From Bacteroidales bacterium (GTDB lineage: Bacteria > Bacteroidota > Bacteroidia > Bacteroidales > WCHB1-69), in assembly GCA_024685175.1 (NCBI GenBank), contig JAIKWD010000016.1:54722-118721 (forward strand): a DNA stretch of 64,000 bases. Direction: 5' to 3'. Below are positions 54,701-61,408 of the stretch, in pieces. Made by a program: the position numbers and the translations under genes. The notes below the pieces were generated by a model. That model made no database searches. It saw only the letters and a program-made list of their open reading frames with translations, and was not told where the DNA came from. The first letter of the stretch is position 1. Every line of letters begins with the position of its first letter.

Positions 54701-57394
54701 CAATCTTGGTATAGTACAAGTTTGGGAGAAATACTCGTTATTAGTATTAAACAATTCGTTTTGTGTTCCTACTCCATCATAGATAATGAGATAATCGTAT
54801 TCTCCGTCTGTCGTATTTAAAACACCTTCCAATTGAAGAAAAGCACCTTCTTGGGCGGGATAGATGACCAATGTTGAGCCGACATTATCGGAATAATCCC
54901 CATTAGGGCCTCCATCGTCAAAAACATATATATCGCATGTATGAAGGGTGTCTGTTCCTGAAGTGGCCATATTATATGTTCCTGTCATTACAACGACCGG
55001 TCCGGACCAAATACTTGTTTCTGAGCCGCAATTGGATTGGACATAGAAATAATATGTATTATTATTTTCCAGATTCTCGATCAACAGACTGTCTTCAAAA
55101 ACGGGTAATAATTCCACCTCTTCACCATTCGGATCGAAGTTGCTGGTATTGTATGCAACATTCCACTCTGTTGCGTCTCCTATTTCATTCCATGTGAGCA
55201 AAACACTAGTACTATTGGAAGAAACTCCGATAAATTGGCTGGGTGCCGGACAAGATGCCGGAGCTCCTATACGAATATCATCAAGAAACATACCACCACC
55301 ACCGTCGCCATATCCTTTAAATGCAATTTGATATGTGTTTGTGGGCAATATGATAGTGTCTACGGTAAATTGACTATAAGCGGTAGTATAATGCTCCAAT
55401 TCCTGCCATTCTGACGTGTCTGAAGTACGATAGAGCACATATAATGCATCAAAATAGGAAGTATAAAAATAATCTACTAGGGGTTGTTTGTGGGCAAAAG
55501 TAAGAATGGGGTCTGACGTTAAGCCTGTCAAATCAAAAACCGGAGAAATCAGGTGCGCAGCACCGTAAGAATCAAGGGAAACACCATGTATGCCATTGTT
55601 GGAACTTGTGGAAATCTCCCAATCGTAAGACGACAAATAACCATACGAATCGAACAAACGCTCTGAACTCCAGCAGCCTAAAGTGCTTCCTTCAAATCCT
55701 TCAAAATAAGGATTCTCGTCATCTACAATATACGTTAAACATGGAGAGAAAAATTGTATTGGGGTACTCCAAGCAGAAGTGTCTTCGTCGTCGCATACAT
55801 TACGAACCATCACATTATATTCTGTGGCAGACTCTATTTCCAACTGCAACGGATTATCATTGGTTGAGGTAACTACCCCATTGATCATGACTTCCCATGC
55901 TTGCGGATCTCCATCGGTGTTTGCATCCCATGATAGAGTAACACTATCAGTGGTCAAATTTGTTGCCATTAAATGCGTGGGTTTGGGACATGACGGGATC
56001 AACTCCACGACAATATCGTCCACGTAAAGGGATAATGTATTAAGATGCTTCAATGCAATATAATTTCCTTGTCCCGTGTAATTTGAGAAAAACACAGGGT
56101 CGGTTTGTATCCACTCATCGTTAACAGATAATACCGTATCGATGGCGACAAACGTGCTGATGTCGGATGGATTGGTCATGACTCCGACGACAATACCCGA
56201 ATTGGATTCATAATAACTATATGAATACAAGGCAAACGACAGTTGTAACGAATTGATGGGTGTGGCTGTTACATCAATCGGAGGTAGTGCAGCAATATCT
56301 TCATTATTAGAAAAAAAGAGACTGTTAGGTGAACTATGGGAATAATATTCATAAACATAGGGATAAGGGTATGAGGCTGTGGTAAATCTACTCCAACAAT
56401 CCGGAATGGGGTAATCAACGTCCATAGAGATTTGGTCAAAATTTTCCGTGAACGGAAAATCGTCGGGGGTTAGAACATCACATGTCGTTTGGAAAGTATT
56501 GGTTGAGTACAGTGACATCTCTCCGTTACATTCTCCCGCTACGCGAACCATATAGGACGTATAAGAAAGAAGCTCGTCCAACACATAGAAAGTGTCAGTT
56601 AAAGGACCATCAATTGAAATCCAACTCGTATCTTCGGACATTTTATACTGCAAATAATACCCATCTGCACCCGTGTTTTGCCAGGTAATCGTGGCTTCAT
56701 TACTTAAAATATTGCTTATACTGATTGCGGGAAAAATACAATTCACTTCCGAAACCGACAAGTTGCTGATTACCGCTCCGGGAGACACACCAACAGTGCC
56801 ATCGTTTTTCCAAAGAAAAACAAGTTTAATGTCACCGCCCATAGGCAGCGGATTGCTTATCTCCTCTCCTATGGAAATTGTTGTTCCTTCTGTCAAATTC
56901 AAGATATACGGATAAGAGGCGGCGGCAGACCCTGTCAATGACTTATAGGACGAAAAATTAAAAGCGTTAGTACTATAACTATAACTGGCATAATTTTGTA
57001 GGTTAGGAGAACTGGTGGAGAAATTTACGGAATCAGGTACAAGAAAAACTTTCATGTAGTCATAGTAGCTCTCACCACCAATTTGAGCGTCAAATGAAAT
57101 AGCAAGTCTTTCAATAGCACCCACATTAAAAGTTTTGGATGCTATGACAATACTTTCGCTATTATAGGCATAAGTGGCATTAGTATTGTCGTTCGTAATG
57201 AAAAGAGCCGGTGAACCAATATTGCCTGGCGTCCCTATCATCCATTTGTTGCCGTATGAGGCATTATCAAGTTGCCAATCCACATCTGTTGATGCAGAAA
57301 AATCAGTATAATAAGGTATTGTCGCGGGATTCTGTGCAAAACCGCTTATGCTGACATAAAGCAACATAAGTAATAATAGTAGTTGTTTTTTCAT
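51710..57394 (-). CDS. Giant (about 1,894 aa) multidomain T9SS-cargo surface protein, sharing module types with the 4,517-aa neighbour
   Basis: ORF 51710..57442 trimmed to MKKQLLLLLMLLYVSISGFAQ. Contains 2 MAM-like modules, 7 Cys-capped FN3 units, 4 choice-of-anchor-J-like modules (two carrying LISPVFDLTGLT..P.L.F.HKQP), one clear CUB-like domain, a PGPGPGPQP linker and a T9SS CTD (KLYPNPTTGLVSI...VYDVYGKL...GMYIVRIVLAEGSVITRNVVKQ). Confidence 0.9.
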   Translation of the reverse strand: MKKQLLLLLMLLYVSISGFAQNPATIPYYTDFSASTDVDWQLDNASYGNKWMIGTPGNIGSPALFITNDNTNATYAYNSESIVIASKTFNVGAIERLAISFDAQIGGESYYDYMKVFLVPDSVNFSTSSPNLQNYASYSYSTNAFNFSSYKSLTGSAAASYPYILNLTEGTTISIGEEISNPLPMGGDIKLVFLWKNDGTVGVSPGAVISNLSVSEVNCIFPAISISNILSNEATITWQNTGADGYYLQYKMSEDTSWISIDGPLTDTFYVLDELLSYTSYMVRVAGECNGEMSLYSTNTFQTTCDVLTPDDFPFTENFDQISMDVDYPIPDCWSRFTTASYPYPYVYEYYSHSSPNSLFFSNNEDIAALPPIDVTATPINSLQLSFALYSYSYYESNSGIVVGVMTNPSDISTFVAIDTVLSVNDEWIQTDPVFFSNYTGQGNYIALKHLNTLSLYVDDIVVELIPSCPKPTHLMATNLTTDSVTLSWDANTDGDPQAWEVMINGVVTSTNDNPLQLEIESATEYNVMVRNVCDDEDTSAWSTPIQFFSPCLTYIVDDENPYFEGFEGSTLGCWSSERLFDSYGYLSSYDWEISTSSNNGIHGVSLDSYGAAHLISPVFDLTGLTSDPILTFAHKQPLVDYFYTSYFDALYVLYRTSDTSEWQELEHYTTAYSQFTVDTIILPTNTYQIAFKGYGDGGGGMFLDDIRIGAPASCPAPSQFIGVSSNSTSVLLTWNEIGDATEWNVAYNTSNFDPNGEEVELLPVFEDSLLIENLENNNTYYFYVQSNCGSETSIWSGPVVVMTGTYNMATSGTDTLHTCDIYVFDDGGPNGDYSDNVGSTLVIYPAQEGAFLQLEGVLNTTDGEYDYLIIYDGVGTQNELFNTNNEYFSQTCTIPRLISTTGPLTVYFYSDDLYQGSGFELFVSCASCISPQLTVSNVGTDYATLTWADFAGTQTDFEFFYGPAGTTPESEDVDIQYLNETSITLDNLESNTSYVAYIRTVCEEEGYSNWNTISFSTLNTEPAQVPYICDFEDAEVNAAWTRVNGNQINKWFIGGAVNHGGDSSLYISNNNGVTNAYNNMAGSTVWAYRDIHFSEGDEFSLSFDYRVNGDYYYEYDYMIVYLVSPVESFDAGSTIIHEAAEFGPYFGDTVWTSVNIVLDNTYTNTTQRLLFMWHNSSYGYGYNPPAAVDNISIVENSCIVPQMSVYEVTANTATLTWNNTEAVSYIIEYMAEGDSVWTTVMDDVTDTTYQLTDLDPATNYIVQMASNCGDDTSFFAMATFNTPCSSIIVDDNTPYTEGWEGSDLDCWESEPIGFNSYYSDWSISSYDSYSGSQSIYMPYYSNARLISPVFDLTGLTNEPELRFFHKQPVWSGTVDDLTVYYRTSSSDSWHELVTYNTTNYDSFTEESIILPNPTATYQIAFVGMNNDANGIYIDDIRVGKAATCPKPTDFTVDVTTQTSIVVSWIENGEATSWNIEYGNAGFLPGNGTIISVSSNPTTITGLTASTRYELYVQADCDGGDLSDWVGPIIATTACDAVDLPYTEDFDSYQGSSATASGDIPICWDNTYNGFVDNYTPHVYNTSFGNYPHSGTQNLGFYSSDSGVGLAVLPEFSTPLNRLVLDFYYLMENSSYGTMKVGYITNVADASTFVEVKMLASIDHNSSAPVADTVDFSAVANVPAAGRIAFKWVNTSSTYYTCAVDDIHVAEADTTPGPGPGPQPTCEAPSNLHQTNVSVHEVTLEWEQEGTPDSWTVSYRKSSSNTWTTASTTTHPYTITNLEAEMTYEAYVEAECEGVTSPESNHITFVTEPDGVDAYELAKTKLYPNPTTGLVSIRNEEVVISEVNVYDVYGKLQKSEKVDNNNANLDLSSLANGMYIVRIVLAEGSVITRNVVKQ
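51713..51937 (-). other. T9SS C-terminal sorting domain of the 1,894-aa protein
   Basis: The LYPNPTTG start and GMYIVRI near the end match the type-A CTD pattern. Confidence 0.8.
54617..54937 (-). other. CUB-like domain, ORF aa 836-942
   Basis: CDIYVFDDGGPNGDYSDNVGSTLVIYP...FLQLEG....GEYDYLIIYDGVGTQNELF...GPLTVYFYSDDLYQGSGFELFVSC. The YDYLxIYDG and FxSD....GF motifs are the CUB hallmarks. Codons checked at nt 54773-54802. Confidence 0.65.
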
Positions 57395-57429
57395 AACAAT
57401 AATTTTAATTTGTGTCATTTTTAAAGGCA

Positions 57430-57437
57430 CAAAAATA
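57430..57437 (-). promoter_or_regulatory. Putative -7 box (TAnnTTTG)
   Basis: Minus strand TATTTTTG, 35 nt upstream of the ATG at 57394. Confidence 0.5.
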
Positions 57438-57487
57438 ATCAAAACTTGGTTTAAAAAAAAATTTTTTTCTAAGGCGAAGAAAAATCG

Positions 57488-57495
57488 TACTTTTG
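57488..57495 (+). promoter_or_regulatory. Putative -7 box (TAnnTTTG) for tRNA-Arg
   Basis: TACTTTTG, 9 nt upstream of the tRNA 5' end. Confidence 0.5.
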
Positions 57496-57504
57496 CAGCC
57501 TATT

Positions 57505-57576
57505 GGTCTTGTAGTTCAATGGATAGAATGGAGGTTTCCTAAACCTTAGATTTGGGTTCGATTCCCAGCAAGACTA
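57505..57576 (+). tRNA. tRNA-Arg (anticodon CCT)
   Basis: Hand-folded cloverleaf. Acceptor GGTCTTG/CAAGACT (one G-U), D arm GTTC-AATGGATA-GAAT, anticodon arm GAGGT-TTCCTAA-ACCTT, T arm TTGGG-TTCGATT-CCCAG, discriminator A. No encoded CCA. Confidence 0.85.
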
Positions 57577-59454
57577 CTTCTCCTTTTTTTGTTGCAAATA
57601 AATCATCAATGCCGTAATGTCGGCTGGGTTCACTCCACTGATTCGAGAGGCTTGTCCCAAGTTGACCGGACGAACTTGCGATAATTTCTCTTTCGCCTCC
57701 TTGGCCACACATGCCAATTGTTCATAGTTGAAATCGGGAGCCAATTTGACATTTTCCAAATTGGACATGCGCTCTACCATCTCCTCTTCTTTTTGAATAT
57801 AGCTTTCATATTTGATAGCCGTTTCGGCATTTTTTGTCTCTTCTGGTGTGGCGTTTAGATCTGAAATGAATTTTTGCAGATTTTGGTCAAAATCGATCAA
57901 ATCAGCCAGGGTAATTTGTGGCCGCAATAAAAGCTGCGCAAGCCGCATGTTTTGTAGGATTGGCGACGATTCTTTACGCTCCAATAACTCGTTTATTCGA
58001 GGATATTCGGCCAGATGCTCACGAAGATAGTCGGAAATTGCATTCTGGACGCGATATTTGTGAAGGAACCTTTTGTAACGATAATCCGATACCAATCCCA
58101 GCTGGTGACCTACGGGTGTAAGTCGCTCATCTGCATTATCTTGTCGCAACAAAATACGGTATTCCGCCCGGGAGGTGAACATACGATAAGGATCCCTTAC
58201 ACCTTTGGTGACCAAATCATCAATCAGGACTCCAATATAGGCTTGAGACCTGTTAAGTATCAGTGGTTCAGAGTTTTGTATGGATAGATGAGCGTTGATG
58301 CCCGCCATCAAGCCCTGGCAAGCAGCCTCTTCATACCCTGTTGTCCCGTTCACTTGCCCCGCAAGGTAAAGGTTGGGCACACATTTTGACTCTAGGGTAT
58401 AATGCAATTGTGTTGGATCGAAGTAATCATACTCGATGGCGTATCCCGGCCGGAAAATTTCTGCTTTTTCCAACCCAGGAATGAGATGCATTGCCTCCAC
58501 TTGGATTTCTTCGGGAAGAGAAGAAGAAAAACCGTTTAGATAATACTCAATGGTCTCCCGACCTTCTGGCTCAAGGAAAAGCTGATGTCGTTCTTTGTCG
58601 GCAAAGCGCACAATCTTGTCTTCGATGGAGGGACAATATCTGGGTCCCACTCCTTGAATACGGCCCTGGAACATCGGCGACTTTTCAAACCCTTTACGTA
58701 ACACTTGATGGACTTCTTCATTGGTATAGGTTATCCAACAACTCTTTTGATTGGTCAATTTGGGAGTTTTGGTAAAAGAAAAAGAGTGGGGCTGCTCGTC
58801 GCCCGGCTGCTCTACTATTTTAGAAAAGTCAATGGTACGACCATCTATTCTTACTGGAGTACCCGTCTTAAGTTTGGCAACTTTAATGCCGCGTTTCCGA
58901 AGTTGGTCTGACAACTGAAAAGCAGCGCTCTCCCCTATCCTTCCGCCCGAGAAGTTGACTTCTCCAACATGGATTCTACCATTGAGAAATGTACCATTGG
59001 TGAGTATTACCTTTTTGGCGAAGAATGTCCTTTGCATTTGAGTCACCACTCCAGAAACTGCATCGCCATCAAATGTTAGTCCTATTACTGTATCTTGCCG
59101 AAGCGAAAGATTTGGGGTGTTTTCAAGCACATGTCTCCAATACAACGAGAAATGTGTTTTGTCGCATTGGGCACGCGGACTCCACATCGCTGGTCCTTTG
59201 GAAAGATTAAGCATTCGAAACTGGATCATGGTGTGGTCGGTAACCACTCCTGACATACCACCGATAGCATCTATTTCACGGACGATTTGTCCCTTTGCAA
59301 TGCCACCCATGGCGGGGTTACAAGACATCTGGGCGACCAATGCAAGGTTCATCGTAATGAGCAATGTCCTGCTTCCCATGTGTGCCGCCGCAACGGCTGC
59401 CTCACATCCTGCATGACCCGCTCCAACTACTATTATATCGTACTCGTTGCTCAT
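57574..59454 (-). CDS. mnmG: tRNA uridine 5-carboxymethylaminomethyl modification enzyme MnmG (GidA)
   Basis: 626 aa, YDIIVVGAGHAGCEAA FAD motif and GTTGYEEAA. Confidence 0.97.
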   Translation of the reverse strand: MSNEYDIIVVGAGHAGCEAAVAAAHMGSRTLLITMNLALVAQMSCNPAMGGIAKGQIVREIDAIGGMSGVVTDHTMIQFRMLNLSKGPAMWSPRAQCDKTHFSLYWRHVLENTPNLSLRQDTVIGLTFDGDAVSGVVTQMQRTFFAKKVILTNGTFLNGRIHVGEVNFSGGRIGESAAFQLSDQLRKRGIKVAKLKTGTPVRIDGRTIDFSKIVEQPGDEQPHSFSFTKTPKLTNQKSCWITYTNEEVHQVLRKGFEKSPMFQGRIQGVGPRYCPSIEDKIVRFADKERHQLFLEPEGRETIEYYLNGFSSSLPEEIQVEAMHLIPGLEKAEIFRPGYAIEYDYFDPTQLHYTLESKCVPNLYLAGQVNGTTGYEEAACQGLMAGINAHLSIQNSEPLILNRSQAYIGVLIDDLVTKGVRDPYRMFTSRAEYRILLRQDNADERLTPVGHQLGLVSDYRYKRFLHKYRVQNAISDYLREHLAEYPRINELLERKESSPILQNMRLAQLLLRPQITLADLIDFDQNLQKFISDLNATPEETKNAETAIKYESYIQKEEEMVERMSNLENVKLAPDFNYEQLACVAKEAKEKLSQVRPVNLGQASRISGVNPADITALMIYLQQKKEK

Positions 59455-59497
59455 TTTTCGCGCGAAAAGTTGAAATATACTTTTTAATATTAATAAG

Positions 59498-59920
59498 TTA
59501 TAAATTCATTTTATCCCAAAGTTCCAAAGAAGTATTTTCTTTGATTCGCATCTCGGCAGCCTCTTTCTCGCTCTTGTCTTTGTACCCACAAAGGTGCAAA
59601 ACGCCATGGACAACCACTCGCAAAAATTCTCTTTCGAAACTCACGCCAAACTTCTGGGCATTCTCCCCTACTCTCTCTACACTGATCATTATGTCTCCCG
59701 AAACAACATCTCCCACCCTTTCGTCAAAGGTGATAATATCCGTATAGGTATCATGTTGTAAAAACTGCTTGTTTCGTTCCAATAAATATGCATCGTCGCA
59801 AAACAGATAATCTATGTCTCCAGGCTGGAGGCCTTCATTTCGGATGACCTGTTTGAGCCATTGCTTATGCGGCAAAGAGGGCTGGTAATCGCAGTTGGTT
59901 TGAAACTCAAAATGTATCAT
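59498..59920 (-). CDS. ybeY: rRNA maturation endoribonuclease YbeY
   Basis: 140 aa with the HGVLHLCGYKD zinc motif. Confidence 0.93.
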   Translation of the reverse strand: MIHFEFQTNCDYQPSLPHKQWLKQVIRNEGLQPGDIDYLFCDDAYLLERNKQFLQHDTYTDIITFDERVGDVVSGDIMISVERVGENAQKFGVSFEREFLRVVVHGVLHLCGYKDKSEKEAAEMRIKENTSLELWDKMNL

Positions 59921-60990
59921 GGGCGCGATATAAGAATTTTCTGAACAGGATAACGGGTTTTGCCTTTAATGGGCAAAACATAATATACACCGGAAGGCAA
60001 ATTTTGCGTGGGTATTGTTGTTTGGTGATCACTTACCGAATATTTTGCTACGAAATCCCCCTTGCCGTTATAAAGCAACACCGCAATTGGCAAAGCCTGA
60101 TCGTCTGCAAAAAGAAGGTTAATTTCGTTGCTGGCGGGGTTCGGATAAACGAGTATGGGTTGCCATGCATAACCTGCAACTGAAACAGAATCTCCGGATG
60201 TAGTATCTATAGAACTGGTATCTGCTGGGATCAAAAACGACCACTTATCCAAAGAATCAAAAACAAGGGTTGTCGCTATTTGACGAATATTAGCGGCTTC
60301 TTGCGAATTTAGTCCGGCATCAAATGAAATACTATTCGGACTCTTTTGGAAAAAGGTGGCATAAAAAGAACAGGCAGCGGCGTATGTTCCCGCAAGTGAA
60401 GGATGACTTTCGTCGGATTCATATAACTCAATTCCAGCATACTGATCCCTGATGACATGCCATACATATCCAACGGGAGAAACCATCGCTTCGTTGTCTT
60501 CAGCCATCATCATATAACGAACATATATCAAACTATCCATGCCTTGATATGAACACAAAGGAGGGTAAACAGGACAATTTTGTTGATCCCCATTCTTTCT
60601 TCCCCATGTCATATAAAAAACAATTTTGGCGTTGGGATTATAAGTCCGTATGCTATCACACAGCTGCTGGGCATAAGGATAACTTTGGCTCATAAATTGT
60701 CCGTCTGGAAAAGAGGGCAACTGACTTTGCTCTTGAAGAACTACATAATCCCAACCACCTTGTCTGATATATTGTGCGGCTGATTGCACATGCTGCGCGA
60801 ATGTGCAAGCTCCTGGTGCATGCATGGTAAAAGTAAGTGTATCATTCGTAGATTCGGCCATGCTGGAGATAACTTGGGGCAGGTTATTTACATAAGTGTA
60901 ACTATTTCCTATGAAAAGCACTCGATAGTTGTCCGCCCTGGAATAGAATATCCCACAAATGGCTATTAAAAGTAAGAGCGTCCTCTTCAT
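59917..60990 (-). CDS. SGNH/DUF4886-like hydrolase with T9SS C-terminal sorting domain
   Basis: 357 aa with a signal peptide. YRVLFIGNSYTYVNNLP N-terminal block. C-terminal VYPNPASNEINLLF...GVYYVLPIKGK is CTD-like. 4-nt overlap with ybeY. Confidence 0.7.
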   Translation of the reverse strand: MKRTLLLLIAICGIFYSRADNYRVLFIGNSYTYVNNLPQVISSMAESTNDTLTFTMHAPGACTFAQHVQSAAQYIRQGGWDYVVLQEQSQLPSFPDGQFMSQSYPYAQQLCDSIRTYNPNAKIVFYMTWGRKNGDQQNCPVYPPLCSYQGMDSLIYVRYMMMAEDNEAMVSPVGYVWHVIRDQYAGIELYESDESHPSLAGTYAAACSFYATFFQKSPNSISFDAGLNSQEAANIRQIATTLVFDSLDKWSFLIPADTSSIDTTSGDSVSVAGYAWQPILVYPNPASNEINLLFADDQALPIAVLLYNGKGDFVAKYSVSDHQTTIPTQNLPSGVYYVLPIKGKTRYPVQKILISRP

Positions 60991-61397
60991 TATAGTTGTC
61001 TTTGACGCACCTCTTCCATTCTGGTAAGATCCCGCTGGATGGAAAGGTGTGTTTTCGCGCGGAAACTGAAACTAACTTGTTTAAAATCAGTTTGATATTC
61101 TAGATTATCGGATAAAATAGCCAACAATTTTCCCTTTTCCACAGATTCTATCCCCTGAAATACCGGTACCGTTGACTCAAAGCAAAAACCCACTTCATCA
61201 TTGTCGATAAAACAACTGAAATCCACAGTGAAATCATCACCTTTCTCTTGCAAGAACTCAACCACTTGCTGATTCGCTGTTGAGATAACCCCGAACTCTT
61301 TTTGTAAAGAATATTGGTCGCAAATATCCTCTATGGTTTGTAACACGGTGTTATATAAAATACTTTTGCTTAATGCGGGCTTGTCAATGTATATCAT
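60990..61397 (-). CDS. Hypothetical protein (135 aa)
   Basis: ORF only; no family recognised. Tightly packed between flanking same-strand genes. Confidence 0.45.
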   Translation of the reverse strand: MIYIDKPALSKSILYNTVLQTIEDICDQYSLQKEFGVISTANQQVVEFLQEKGDDFTVDFSCFIDNDEVGFCFESTVPVFQGIESVEKGKLLAILSDNLEYQTDFKQVSFSFRAKTHLSIQRDLTRMEEVRQRQL

Positions 61398-61408
61398 AAT
61401 GTGCGGTA

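Noticed and set aside
37736-57394. Diversity-generating retroelement or phase-variable shufflon acting on the giant adhesins
   Set aside because: There is no reverse transcriptase, recombinase or invertase in the window. I saw no template/variable repeat pair with adenine-specific differences, and no flanking inverted repeats around the promoters.
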